Below are positions 16,458 to 25,902 of a DNA stretch of 64,000 bases, in pieces; within the stretch, counting starts at the first letter, position 1, and each line of letters opens with the position of its first letter. A program made the position numbers and the translations under genes. This stretch comes from a virus (lineage: Duplodnaviria; Caudoviricetes). Location: positions 1 through 64,000 of IMG/VR virus record IMGVR_UViG_3300046717_000225; one strand, 5' to 3'. Below the pieces are notes generated by a model, which searched no databases, was not told where the DNA came from, and worked only from the letters and a program-made list of their open reading frames with translations.

Positions 16458-17084
16458 ATGCGGATCATGGGAGTGGACCCGAGCGTCACCTGCACGGGCA
16501 TCAGCCTGCCGGACGGATGGACGATGGCGGTCAAGCCCCGGAGCAAGGGGGACGACCGGCTGATGGAGCTGGCCGACAACCTGCACACCCTGGCCGTATC
16601 CAACCAAATCGAGATGGTGGTGATCGAAGGACTCGGGGGCGTCTACCAGGGCGAGGCGGCGAAGGTGATCCCCATGCTGCACGGGGCTCTGCGGCTGGAG
16701 ATGAAGCGACTGCCCGTGCCGTACATGGTGCTGCTGCCGTCCAGCCTGAAGAAGTTCGCCACAGGTAACGGCTCTGCTGACAAGACCGGCATGGCGTTGG
16801 CGGCCCTCAAGCGGCTCGGCAAGGAGTATCGGACGAGCGACGAGTGCGACGCGGACTGGCTGCGGATCGCGGGCTGCTTCGCGTACGGGATGCAGGAGGC
16901 CGTGCCGACTGCCCAGGGCCGGGTCCTGAGCATGCCCCAGCCGCAGCTTCACGCTCTGCGCATGAACATGAAGCGCAAGCCGATCGTGTGGCCCGTGGTC
17001 GGGAAGAACCTCCCCTGGCACGAGCCCGGCAAGGCCACGCTCTGCCCGGACTGCAAGGAGCGGGGCCGGATGGTCTGCGGATGA
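16458..17084 (+). CDS. ruvC: RuvC-like Holliday junction resolvase
   Basis: MGVDPSVTCTG, VVIEG, PSSLKKFATGNGSADK, DECDA. Confidence 0.9.
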   Translation: MRIMGVDPSVTCTGISLPDGWTMAVKPRSKGDDRLMELADNLHTLAVSNQIEMVVIEGLGGVYQGEAAKVIPMLHGALRLEMKRLPVPYMVLLPSSLKKFATGNGSADKTGMALAALKRLGKEYRTSDECDADWLRIAGCFAYGMQEAVPTAQGRVLSMPQPQLHALRMNMKRKPIVWPVVGKNLPWHEPGKATLCPDCKERGRMVCG

Positions 17085-17233
17085 GCGGGGACGGAGAGGT
17101 CGTGAAGATCGGTGCCGAGTTCCACGTCGTCCCCGAGGCAGCGGAGCGGTTCCGGGCCGCATTCCACGACCTGGTCGGGGAACTCCTGGAAGACTTCAAC
17201 GACGGGGAGGTCATCGACTACGGAGTGGACTGA
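17081..17233 (+). CDS. small acidic protein
   Basis: ATGA overlap with ruvC stop. Confidence 0.55.
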   Translation: MSGDGEVVKIGAEFHVVPEAAERFRAAFHDLVGELLEDFNDGEVIDYGVD

Positions 17234-17240
17234 ACAGAGA

Positions 17241-17277
17241 GGAGCCCCGCACCCTCGGAGGGGAGGTGCGGGGCTCC
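17241..17277. terminator. bidirectional terminator between convergent operons
   Basis: GGAGCCCCGCACC-N11-GGTGCGGGGCTCC. Confidence 0.8.
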
Positions 17278-17336
17278 GGTGTCACCGGATGCTCGCGACA
17301 TCCGGGAGACGTCCTGTCACGGGCGTCTCAGGTAGC

Positions 17337-17789
17337 TCACTTGGCCGGGCTGGCGAACGGGTCGGCCGGCTCCGCCTTACGGCCCTCCAGATAGTCGCGG
17401 GCGACGGCCTTCTGCGCGTCCGTGGGCTCCTTGAGTGCCCACGGAGGCGACTGCTTGGGCTTCTTGCGGGCCTCGTCCTGGAACAGGACCCCGAGGATCA
17501 TCTTGGGATAGCCGGTCTGGGGGTCCACGCCGTTCTTCTCGTTGAACGCGGCCTGACGCTTCATGGCGCCGATCAGGATCCGCTGGAACACCAACTGGTC
17601 CTCGACCTCTTCCGGTCCGTCCGGTGCGTCCAGGACGACGAAGTCCACCCGGACCGCGTCCGCGTCGCCGTAGGTGGTGCTGATGGACTCGACGTACTCG
17701 ACCGGGGTGATGAGGAGGAGCTGTCCCTCGTACTCGGTGATGCCCGCTCCGCCGTCCGAGCCTGACTTGAACGGGTCGTCGTTGCTCAT
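17337..17789 (-). CDS. putative ssDNA-binding/annealing protein
   Basis: acidic beta-rich protein ending DPFASPAK, next to the exonuclease. Confidence 0.5.
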   Translation of the reverse strand: MSNDDPFKSGSDGGAGITEYEGQLLLITPVEYVESISTTYGDADAVRVDFVVLDAPDGPEEVEDQLVFQRILIGAMKRQAAFNEKNGVDPQTGYPKMILGVLFQDEARKKPKQSPPWALKEPTDAQKAVARDYLEGRKAEPADPFASPAK

Positions 17790-17991
17790 GAGGTCTCGCT
17801 TCCGCTTGATGTTGGTCTTGGGTTGAGCAGAGGTGCGGGGCAAGTTACACCGGCCTGAGCCTATGACCCCTGCCCCGCTGTTCTGTTGTTGATCCGTGCA
17901 GGGCCGCTCGTAGATCCGAGCGCCTCCGGGGAGTGGTTTGACCCGTCCTGCGGTACCTGAAGTGTACCCTGAACGATTTCCTTAAACCGCC

Positions 17992-19170
17992 TCAGGCACC
18001 CTGTTCCGTGAACGACTTGAGCTTGTCCTGCATGAGCTGGACGAGCGCGTTCACCTCGGCCACGGGCGTCCGGGCGGCGACCGCTTCCTGGTACACGGCG
18101 GAGGCCTCGGCCCGGCTCGTGACGGCCCGTGCCTTGTCGGCCAGGGTGACGGGGCGGCTGGCCGGAGCAGGCCGGGAGACGGGCGCCTGTGGCTCCGGGT
18201 GCAGCCGGTCCGGTCCGGGGTCCACGGCCACGTCCGCAACTTCGAGCGGGGTGGCCAGCTTGCGCTCCTTGCGCCAGGAGCGGACCTGAGCGCACAGCAC
18301 CGCCGCAGCCCAGCCCGCCGTCAGGTCGACCGCGTACAGGGTGGCGAGAGGTGCCTTGGTCGCGCTCCGGTCCACCGGCAGGTGCGGGACGAGGCCGATG
18401 TCCGTACGGACCTGGATCTGCACCCCGTTCGCGTCCGCCGGCCGGCCCCAGGTGCGCGTGCCCCAGTCCCAGACGCCGGAGGTGTTCAGGCCCTGGGAGT
18501 AGAGCGCGAGCTGGATGGCGATCTCCTGCCAGCCGTAGCTCAGGTCCGCGCCCGTCTTAAGATCACCTAGGATGTACTCGCCCGCGTACAGGGTGACCGG
18601 CCGTCCGTTGAGGCTGATGGTGATGTCCCGGGTGACCCGGTACACCCGGTCCGCCGTACCCCCGATGTCGTACTGGACGACGCCCGTGCTGAACTCGATC
18701 AGTCCGGGGACGGGTTCGAGCCCGAAGTCCTGGAGCACGGCCGCGTACGCCTCCACCGTGGGCACGAACTCCTCGGGCACGGTCTTGAGTTCGACCTCCA
18801 TGCCGACCAGGGTCTTGTCCCGCTGCTCCGTGTAGGCGTGCACGGCCGTGCCCTTGTTGGCCGCGATCTTGTCTCCGGCAGCCTTCTTCGCCTCGTCGAC
18901 CAGACCGTTCATCCGGTCCTTGTCGGCCTTGACTTCGAGCGTGCCGGCGGCGGCCGTCAGGTCGGAGCGGATCGAGGCACCCTTGAGCACCATCCGCTGG
19001 CTCCACATGGACAGGGCGTACGTGTCCTGGATGGACTTGCAGAAGGTGGTGGCCCGGGTCCAGTTGACCTTCTTGCCGGTGACCGGGTGGAGCATCTTGT
19101 ACCGGCCGTAGTTGTCGTACTTCTCCGACTGGTTCACGGCCTGCTTGGGGGTGCTGAAGGCGTCAGTCAC
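17992..19170 (-). CDS. PD-(D/E)xK (RecB/Cas4-like) exonuclease
   Basis: RATT, KGTAVHAYTE, IGGTADR, GDLKTG, QLALY; GTG start overlaps the upstream stop. Confidence 0.82.
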   Translation of the reverse strand: MTDAFSTPKQAVNQSEKYDNYGRYKMLHPVTGKKVNWTRATTFCKSIQDTYALSMWSQRMVLKGASIRSDLTAAAGTLEVKADKDRMNGLVDEAKKAAGDKIAANKGTAVHAYTEQRDKTLVGMEVELKTVPEEFVPTVEAYAAVLQDFGLEPVPGLIEFSTGVVQYDIGGTADRVYRVTRDITISLNGRPVTLYAGEYILGDLKTGADLSYGWQEIAIQLALYSQGLNTSGVWDWGTRTWGRPADANGVQIQVRTDIGLVPHLPVDRSATKAPLATLYAVDLTAGWAAAVLCAQVRSWRKERKLATPLEVADVAVDPGPDRLHPEPQAPVSRPAPASRPVTLADKARAVTSRAEASAVYQEAVAARTPVAEVNALVQLMQDKLKSFTEQGA

Positions 19171-19432
19171 TGGCGCAGTCCTCGTGCTCGTACCGCCCGA
19201 GTCCCCGGCCGTCCGCCCGGATACGGTCCCCGGGCTCGATGTGGTACTCGTCGCAGCCGGAGCAGAAGCCTTCGTGGTCGGCCTCGAACCAGGGGCCGGG
19301 ACCGTCGTCGGGTCCGGACCGGTCCGGGGTGCTGAAGGGGTCGACCGGGGGCCGGGGTTCGGGGTGCTGGGTGAGGTGGTTCCGGAAGCGCGGTCCCGCC
19401 GGGGGACCGCCCGTCCCGTCTGATCCGTGCAT
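19163..19432 (-). CDS. small Zn-binding protein in a frame overlapping the 913-aa ORF
   Basis: GAGGAGG RBS, very high GC3, FCSGCDEYHIEPGDRIRAD...YEHEDC. Confidence 0.65.
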   Translation of the reverse strand: MHGSDGTGGPPAGPRFRNHLTQHPEPRPPVDPFSTPDRSGPDDGPGPWFEADHEGFCSGCDEYHIEPGDRIRADGRGLGRYEHEDCASD

Positions 19433-20688
19433 GTGACCTCCTCGGTCAGGTTGGTGAGAGGGCCGCTCCGTCCGAGATACGGACCGGGGGTGACGATCGC
19501 GGCCAGGACGGCCGTCCGGGACTCGTGCTCGGCCAGCCGGTAGACGAGCTTGTCCAGCGGAGCCTTGGCCGTGTGCCGGACGAAGAACGCGCCTTCGTCC
19601 AGGTCGGACAGGCGGGCCTCGGTCGGGTGCTGGGGGCGGCAGCTCGGGGTTACACCGCACGTGTCCGGGCAACGGCTGCCGCCCCCGGCTGCGGAGCACG
19701 TCCAGACGACGTGCCGGGCCAGGACCGAGCCGTCCGGCTCGAACCGCTCGGCCAGCGGGGTGACCTCGTGCCCGCACTCCCAGCACTCCGGGTTGTCCTC
19801 GGCGAGGCGCCGGACACCCTCCGGCATCTTGGCCCGGATGTCCGGTGGGCAGTGCCAGTCAGCCGGGCCGGGCTCGATCCGCCCGTGCACCGGGCAGTCG
19901 GCCGCCGGGCCCTCCAGGTCTCCCGGACTGGTCGTGCAGGTGCATGGGTCGATCAGCCCGCAGTGCTTGCACGCGGTCACGACCGTGTCCTGGCCGTCCT
20001 CGTCCTGGTCGACCTCCGGGCCCCACTCGTGATCGCACAGCTCGGGCGACCGGGGCAGGCCGAGTTCCCGGCTCGCGGTCTCGTCCATGCGCCGGGCCGT
20101 CTCCAGTTTCTGTTCGGGCGTCCGACGTCCGAGGATCTCGACTGCTGCGGCCGTCAGCCGGGACATCTTCTCGGCGTCGGTCTCCGGCCCGGCCGGGGGC
20201 GCGAACCGGTCCAGGTCGTCCGTCCGGTCGTGGGGCAGGTCGACCACCTCGGTCGGCCGGATCGTCCCGTTCCGGGCCTCGCCCGCGAACACGTCCCCGA
20301 GGGAGGGCACCGGGCACAGGATCTTCTCCCACAGCTCCTCGGTCCAGCCGATCGTGTCGTTCCGCACCCCGTCCGCGTCCAGAGCGATCGGGTGGTCGGA
20401 CCCGCCTATGCACTGCTCGTCCTGGCCGTTCAGGTGGGAGCGGGCCCGGTGGTTCGCGGTGAGCTGGACCTCGTGCCCGCAGCCCCCGGGTCCGGCAGGC
20501 ACCCGGCACAGGAACCGGACGGGTCCGGCCTGTTCCGCCTTGGGCTTCTGGCCCGAGCCGGGGCAGGCCGGGTTGTCCGGGCCGACCCTCTTCCCGTTCG
20601 CCGCGTGGACACGCAGGCCGCCGGTCGCGGTGATGCTCACGTCGGTCCGTGTGCAGCCCGTGCACGCGCCCTTACTGGCCTCAGTCAT
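19420..20688 (-). CDS. multi-Zn-finger protein; no stop of its own before 17992, true 3' end uncertain
   Basis: MTEASKGACTGC; repeated H...CPGSG, CKHC, CWEC, CPDTC motifs; RBS AAGGAGA. Confidence 0.65.
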
Positions 20689-20950
20689 TGCTCTCCTTGA
20701 ACGGGTCGACCGGCTCGGGGGCGGGCTCGTCACAGCTCCAGCACGTGTCCGGCTGGTAGTCCTTGAACTCGTGCTCGCACGTCATGCGCCGGACCACGTT
20801 CTCAGCTGCTTCCCTGACGTTCCCCAGGGCCCGGCTGTCCAGCTCGGCCGTCTCGTACGGGACGTCCAGGCCATGAGCCGCACGGCCGAGCACCTGGAAC
20901 GCCTTGACGATCTCCTCCCGGACGATGGTCCGGATCTCCTCCTTGGTCAT
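20681..20950 (-). CDS. hypothetical protein
   Basis: CEH...CWSC; ATGA overlap. Confidence 0.65.
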   Translation of the reverse strand: MTKEEIRTIVREEIVKAFQVLGRAAHGLDVPYETAELDSRALGNVREAAENVVRRMTCEHEFKDYQPDTCWSCDEPAPEPVDPFKESND

Positions 20951-21282
20951 GATCCGTCCCCCAGTACCCATCCCCAGCCGAAGCCGCCGAGCCGGTCCAG
21001 CTTGGCCGTGTGGCGCTTCTCGGCGGTTTCCTGCGCAGAGGGCAGGGCCTCTTCCTGGATCAGGGCGTCGATCACGTCCCGGAGGTCGTGCAGCTCGTCC
21101 AGCATCTTGGCCTGGTTGGGTGCGCTCAGCACCTCACCGACCTCCTCGGCCAGCTTGAGCCGGAGCAGGAGCTTCCTCTCCGTGCCCTCTGCCCGGCGGA
21201 ACGTCCAGTCCCGGGGAATATCCCCCGGTTCCAGTTCACCCGCCTGGTGCAGTGCGGGGATGTGGTCACGTACGATCTTCAC
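20947..21282 (-). CDS. MazG-like/all-alpha NTP pyrophosphohydrolase
   Basis: KIVRDHIP...KLAEEVGE...DELHDLRDVI. Confidence 0.75.
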   Translation of the reverse strand: MKIVRDHIPALHQAGELEPGDIPRDWTFRRAEGTERKLLLRLKLAEEVGEVLSAPNQAKMLDELHDLRDVIDALIQEEALPSAQETAEKRHTAKLDRLGGFGWGWVLGDGS

Positions 21283-21296
21283 GGTCTCCTCCTTGG

Positions 21297-21512
21297 TCAG
21301 TCCCGGTCGGGGCAGGGCCCCAGGTTCTCCTGCATGGACCGTGGCATCAGGTCCCAGGCGAGCCGTACTGCTTCGGCCAGGACCCGGGCATCTACTGGGT
21401 CCACGTCCTCCACGTCATCGACTTCGAGAGTGCCGCTCACGTGATGCCAGATGCCTTCCTCACCGATCGCGTCCGCCATGCGCACGATCAGCCACGCTTC
21501 GTCCTTGGTCAT
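21297..21512 (-). CDS. hypothetical protein
   Basis: 71 aa, RBS ACCAAGGAGGAG. Confidence 0.7.
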   Translation of the reverse strand: MTKDEAWLIVRMADAIGEEGIWHHVSGTLEVDDVEDVDPVDARVLAEAVRLAWDLMPRSMQENLGPCPDRD

Positions 21513-21531
21513 CCCTCTCCTCCTTGGTCGG

Positions 21532-21572
21532 TTTAGTTAAACCATACCCTGCCTGGTCCTACGCGAACCGGT
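21532..21572 (-). promoter_or_regulatory. GTTC-N15-GGGTAT promoter followed by TTTAACTAAA box
   Basis: near-identical architecture to the 32260-32297 site. Confidence 0.6.
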
Positions 21573-23247
21573 CGATCTTCCGGGACGCCAGGCTGACCGA
21601 GATGAGATCGCCCACCTCGCCGGCGCGCGCACCCTCGGGCACGTCCTGCCCGAGCCGTGCAGCGTAGTTCACCTGTGCCTCGGACGCCTTCTTCTTCCGC
21701 CAGCTCGCGCCCTTGCCGGTATTGATCGCGCTCCGCTCCTCGGCCTCGGACTCCCCCCAGGCCATGGCCATGCTCAGTTCCAGGCCCGTGTGCAGCCTCT
21801 GCCACGGCACCTTGCGCTCGGCCGGCGCCCAGACGACGTCCCACAGGCCCTCGGCCGGCCAGAGCAGGATCTCACCCGCACCCCCGAGCGGGATGAACTG
21901 CACGCCCTTGGCCGTGCGCAGCCACTGGTAGGCCGGGCTGGACTTGAACAGGTCCAGATCCTTGGTCTTGAGCTGGAGACGGAGCGGACGGGCCTTCTCC
22001 TTCCCGTTCAGGCTCTCGCGGATCTCCTCCTGCCGCTCGTACGCCTCGGCCAGGGACTCGCCGTCCAGCACGGGGACGATGACCTCCGGCTCCAGGTCGA
22101 TCAGGGTCCGGATCGAGCCGCCCTGGCCGGAGAGGAAGAGGATCAGGGCGTCGGTCTTGCCCGTGGCCGGGGACGGCCGGAGCACCCGGCCCATCATCTG
22201 AATCGCCAGCGTTTCATTGCTCGTCGGCCGGGCGATGACCGCACAGTCCGCATACGGGAAATCGGCCCCTTCTGTCAAAACCATACAATTGACGACAACT
22301 CGGACATTCCCGGTCCGGAAGCCCTCGTACAGGGCGAGGCGCTCCGGACGGGGCGTGCCCCCGTGGACGATGCCCGCAGTGATCCCGGCCGCGTTCAGGG
22401 TCTGTGCCGTCTCCTGGGCCAGCGCGACCGTGGGCGTGAAGACCAGGATCGACCGGCGTCCGGCCGCATGCTTCTCGATCACCTGCCGGATCACCTCGGG
22501 GGCGCCGGCGTCCTGCATGGCCTGGCCGAGATCCTTGACCTGGTAGTCGCCCTTGCTCCGCTTGACGGACTTGAGGTCAAGGTTCTCCAGGTCGATCTGC
22601 TGCGCCCGGACGTCGGTCAGGAAGCCGTCGGCGATCATCTTGAGGACGGAGCGGGTGAACACGACGTCCTGCCAGACGTCACCGAGGCCGCGTCCGTCGC
22701 CCCGGGCGAGCGTGGCCGTGAAGCCGACCGCGACCGTTCCGCTGTCCGGGTCGTAGCAGCCGAACGCGGCCATCACGTTCCGGTAGCTGTCCGCGACCGC
22801 GTGGTGACACTCGTCAACGATCACCAGCCCCACAGGTCCCGCGTACGCCTGCGCGTCGAGGAGTTGGGCCGCCCGGCTGGGCCGGGCCAGGGTCTGGACG
22901 GAGCAGACCATGACGTCGGCGGTGACTTCGTTGTCCTCGGCCTTGACCTTGCCGACGGACAGTTCGGGGGCGACTGCGCGCAGCTTGTTCAAAGCTTGAT
23001 CGCACAGTTCGTCTCTGTGGACGAGCACGACCACCCGGGCCCGGCCGGAGGGCCGGACCTTGAGCGTGTCCAGCGGCCCGGTCTGCGCGTCGATGAAGTG
23101 CCGGGCGACATGGGCGAAAACGACCGTTTTGCCCGATCCGGTCGGGAGCACGATCGCCGGCCGCTGCATGCCCTCGCGCCAGGCGGTGAACAGGCGCTCG
23201 ATCGCTTCTACTTGATACGACCTGGGATAGAGCAGGGTCTGGGTCAT
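21559..23247 (-). CDS. SF2 DEAD/DEAH-box helicase
   Basis: RSYQ, LPTGSGKT, VDECHH, GFTAT, LTEGAD, QMMGRVLR. Confidence 0.93.
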   Translation of the reverse strand: MTQTLLYPRSYQVEAIERLFTAWREGMQRPAIVLPTGSGKTVVFAHVARHFIDAQTGPLDTLKVRPSGRARVVVLVHRDELCDQALNKLRAVAPELSVGKVKAEDNEVTADVMVCSVQTLARPSRAAQLLDAQAYAGPVGLVIVDECHHAVADSYRNVMAAFGCYDPDSGTVAVGFTATLARGDGRGLGDVWQDVVFTRSVLKMIADGFLTDVRAQQIDLENLDLKSVKRSKGDYQVKDLGQAMQDAGAPEVIRQVIEKHAAGRRSILVFTPTVALAQETAQTLNAAGITAGIVHGGTPRPERLALYEGFRTGNVRVVVNCMVLTEGADFPYADCAVIARPTSNETLAIQMMGRVLRPSPATGKTDALILFLSGQGGSIRTLIDLEPEVIVPVLDGESLAEAYERQEEIRESLNGKEKARPLRLQLKTKDLDLFKSSPAYQWLRTAKGVQFIPLGGAGEILLWPAEGLWDVVWAPAERKVPWQRLHTGLELSMAMAWGESEAEERSAINTGKGASWRKKKASEAQVNYAARLGQDVPEGARAGEVGDLISVSLASRKIDRFA

Positions 23248-23633
23248 CGCCTGAACACCCACCATCCGTCGTAGCCGGCGGGCACGGCCGGGAAGTTCTC
23301 CAGCATCGGCCGGAGCAGGTCCGGGTACGGGTTCACGTACGGCAGGGACGGATCGGTCCACAGCCGTTCCCCGTCCCAGCGGGCCACACAGTTCGCGCCG
23401 TAGCGGGCCGTCCCGATCCGGTCCAGGAAGTCGGCCGTGTCCCGCACGCTGGGCATGTGGTCCCACAGGATTCCCGCGCAGGCCACGGTGACGCCCGCCC
23501 GGCGCCGGAACCAGACGGCCTGCATGGTCACGCTGCCGTGCAGGCTGATGTCCAGGCTCATGGTCTTGACCGCGTACGGCTTCTTGCTGATGAGGAACGC
23601 GTCCGTGCGCTCCATGCCCTCGGGCCGGCTCAC
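23244..23633 (-). CDS. hypothetical protein
   Basis: GTGA/ATGA coupled overlaps. Confidence 0.65.
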   Translation of the reverse strand: MSRPEGMERTDAFLISKKPYAVKTMSLDISLHGSVTMQAVWFRRRAGVTVACAGILWDHMPSVRDTADFLDRIGTARYGANCVARWDGERLWTDPSLPYVNPYPDLLRPMLENFPAVPAGYDGWWVFRR

Positions 23634-23713
23634 CTGCGCCCACCCCACCCCGTGCCCAGGCCGACGGCCAGGCAGGCGAGCAGCAGAAGCACTGCGATGA
23701 TCAGATTGGTCAC
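23630..23713 (-). CDS. 27-aa TM peptide
   Basis: hydrophobic; coupled overlaps. Confidence 0.45.
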   Translation of the reverse strand: MTNLIIAVLLLLACLAVGLGTGWGGRR

Positions 23714-24288
23714 TGGTCCTCGGTTCCCTTCAGGGGATTGTCCGTGTGGGTCCGGGCCCACATCTGCATGAGGTGCCGGGCGGTGTGCACGGCCTCCGGA
23801 GAGGAACTGGGGAAGGTGCCGGTCCGCATCCAGCCGCAGGAGCAGGCAGCGGCCCAGACGCCCTCGGGCAGGCCCGTGTCCAGGGCCGTGGAGACCGTGT
23901 GGCCGGGCGGGACTGCCCCCTCCTGAGGGTTCTCCCGGTGCGTCCGGACCCACCGGTCGATCAGGTGCTGGATGTAGTTGACCGCCTCAGGGGCGGAGTT
24001 GTGGAAATGACCGCTCTTGACCCAGTCGCAGGAGCACGCCACGGACCAGGAACCCCCGGGCCCGGCCGGGTCCATAGTCAGTGAGGTGGCCAGGGTGTGG
24101 CCGGGCGGGTCCGGGGAGGGTTCGGCCTCTGCTCCCGGCCGGCCGAGCCAGCCCGGATGCGCGCCCCGCCGGTCGACCAGACGGTCCTGGCCCCTGAACG
24201 CTTCGAGCAGCAGGGCCCGGCAGACCGTACAGTCCAGCTCCTGGCCCGTGCGGTCCTGGCCGTCCAGGCAGGTGTGCTTGAAGATCAC
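23710..24288 (-). CDS. protein with two tandem H...CSC...H repeats
   Basis: PPGHT...W.xACSC.W...PEAV...HL...W.RTH.xNP present twice. Confidence 0.7.
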   Translation of the reverse strand: MIFKHTCLDGQDRTGQELDCTVCRALLLEAFRGQDRLVDRRGAHPGWLGRPGAEAEPSPDPPGHTLATSLTMDPAGPGGSWSVACSCDWVKSGHFHNSAPEAVNYIQHLIDRWVRTHRENPQEGAVPPGHTVSTALDTGLPEGVWAAACSCGWMRTGTFPSSSPEAVHTARHLMQMWARTHTDNPLKGTEDQ

Positions 24289-24467
24289 CGCTTCCTCCCC
24301 TGCTGAAGCAGGCGGCCGGCTATGGCACTCATCTCGTCCGCGATCAGGTCCACGGTGTCCTGACCCAGCTTCCTCACCAGGTCGTCCGGCTCCCATCCGT
24401 TCAGGTTCCCGATCAGCATCAGCCCGGCCTGGCGCTTCGCCTCTTTCTTGATCTCCTCCTCGGTCAC
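24285..24467 (-). CDS. hypothetical protein
   Basis: coupled overlaps. Confidence 0.6.
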   Translation of the reverse strand: MTEEEIKKEAKRQAGLMLIGNLNGWEPDDLVRKLGQDTVDLIADEMSAIAGRLLQQGRKR

Positions 24468-25186
24468 AGGGTCCACCCCCGCATCTCCGGCTCCGTGGCC
24501 TCGTCGTCCAACCAGGACAGGTACGCCCGTCCGATCCACTCCGTGTAGGCCGGGGGCAGCGCCTCCCGGAGGCTGAAGTGGTCCTTCGACCAGTCGATCC
24601 CCTTCGCCTCGCGCATCTCGGAGACCGTGGCCTTGCCCCCGCCGTTGCCGTACGCGGCGACGTAGGGGCCGTGGAAATACTCCCCGTGCCGCCAGCCACG
24701 GATCCGACCCCGGTGCTTGGGGTGGGCCGGCTGTGCGGTCGTCCAGCCCCCCAGCTCGAAGTAGCGGTGCATGAGGACCCCCAGGCCGAACTGTTCACCG
24801 CACAGGCGGACGTCCTTACGGACCTCGGACCCGGGCACGTTCTCCATGGCCCAGGGGCGGCCGGTGGATTCAAGGGCGGCCCGGGTGGGGGCGATCAGCC
24901 TGGGGTGGACACGCCCCAGTTTTCGGTCACGGGCCGCGTTCGTCCCCTTGGCCGGAGAGCCTTCGCCCTGGCAGGGCGGAGAGGCGTGGATGAAGTCGTA
25001 CTCATGACCGTGGGCGCGGATGTACTCGATGGCGTCGCCCTGGACGAAGACGTCCCCGCAGTACTCCCCGGTGTCCACCAGGTCGATCCCGGTGACGTGG
25101 AGGTCAGGGCCGAACGCGTTCCTGTACCCGGCCGTCGATCCGCCTATCCGGCAGTACGCGTCCAGGAGTTTCCAGGGTCGTCTCAT
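24464..25186 (-). CDS. C5-cytosine DNA methyltransferase-like protein
   Basis: LLDAYCRIGG (motif I variant), HASPPCQ (motif IV), MENVPG (motif VI), RHRYFE-like HRYFE. Confidence 0.8.
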   Translation of the reverse strand: MRRPWKLLDAYCRIGGSTAGYRNAFGPDLHVTGIDLVDTGEYCGDVFVQGDAIEYIRAHGHEYDFIHASPPCQGEGSPAKGTNAARDRKLGRVHPRLIAPTRAALESTGRPWAMENVPGSEVRKDVRLCGEQFGLGVLMHRYFELGGWTTAQPAHPKHRGRIRGWRHGEYFHGPYVAAYGNGGGKATVSEMREAKGIDWSKDHFSLREALPPAYTEWIGRAYLSWLDDEATEPEMRGWTL

Positions 25187-25356
25187 CCGTTCGCACCCCA
25201 CAGCATGTTGATCAGCTCGGTGAGCAGGGCGAGGTAAGCACGCTTCTCGCTCTGGCCCATGGACAGGATGACCTGCTGGGCACGGACCCGGTCGCCTTGG
25301 ACGAGGGCGTACAGGGCGTGTGTGCGGGCGTCGGCCGTCACCTTGGGGACGATCAT
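25183..25356 (-). CDS. hypothetical protein
   Basis: ATGA overlap; start uncertain. Confidence 0.55.
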   Translation of the reverse strand: MIVPKVTADARTHALYALVQGDRVRAQQVILSMGQSEKRAYLALLTELINMLWGANG

Positions 25357-25363
25357 GTGTCCC

Positions 25364-25729
25364 TCACGCACGGCTCAGCTCCAGATATTCCGTGATGTGC
25401 TGCGGCAGGGGTGTGCTGCGGTATTTGATCCCGTCGTAGGGTCCGCACCAGTGCCAGCGGTACGTGAACTGCTTGATCCCCAGCTCCATCAGGGCGACGG
25501 CACGGTGATGTCCTTCGGACAGGAGAACGTGCCGGCTGCGGCGTCGCACCCTGAGGATGAGCGGCTCCAGCAGGCCCTCTTCAGAGATGCTGGCCAGCAA
25601 CTCGTTCAAGATCCGCCGGTCGTCCGGAAAATGCTTGATCTCGTGGCGGGCCGTGGGCCAGTCCGGGTAGTCGCCGGGCTCGATACAGCCGTCATCCAGC
25701 AGGTCCACCGGCAGGGTCGGGTACTTCAT
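25364..25729 (-). CDS. ParB/Srx-like domain protein
   Basis: LLASISEEGLLEPL...LLSEGHHRAVAL. Confidence 0.75.
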   Translation of the reverse strand: MKYPTLPVDLLDDGCIEPGDYPDWPTARHEIKHFPDDRRILNELLASISEEGLLEPLILRVRRRSRHVLLSEGHHRAVALMELGIKQFTYRWHWCGPYDGIKYRSTPLPQHITEYLELSRA

Positions 25730-25902
25730 CCGTTCCTCCGGTCTACTGCCTCGCGCTGGCCGATGAGCAGCCGTGCCTGGTCGAACGCGTTGAGCAGGCG
25801 GGCGCGCTCCTTCGGACGCAGGGGAAGGACAGCGGTCAGCACGTCCTCCTCGTCGCCGTTGAGGGCGGCGGTCAGGACGCTGAGGTACTTGTCCACGGTC
25901 AT
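25726..25902 (-). CDS. hypothetical protein
   Basis: coupled overlaps. Confidence 0.55.
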   Translation of the reverse strand: MTVDKYLSVLTAALNGDEEDVLTAVLPLRPKERARLLNAFDQARLLIGQREAVDRRNG

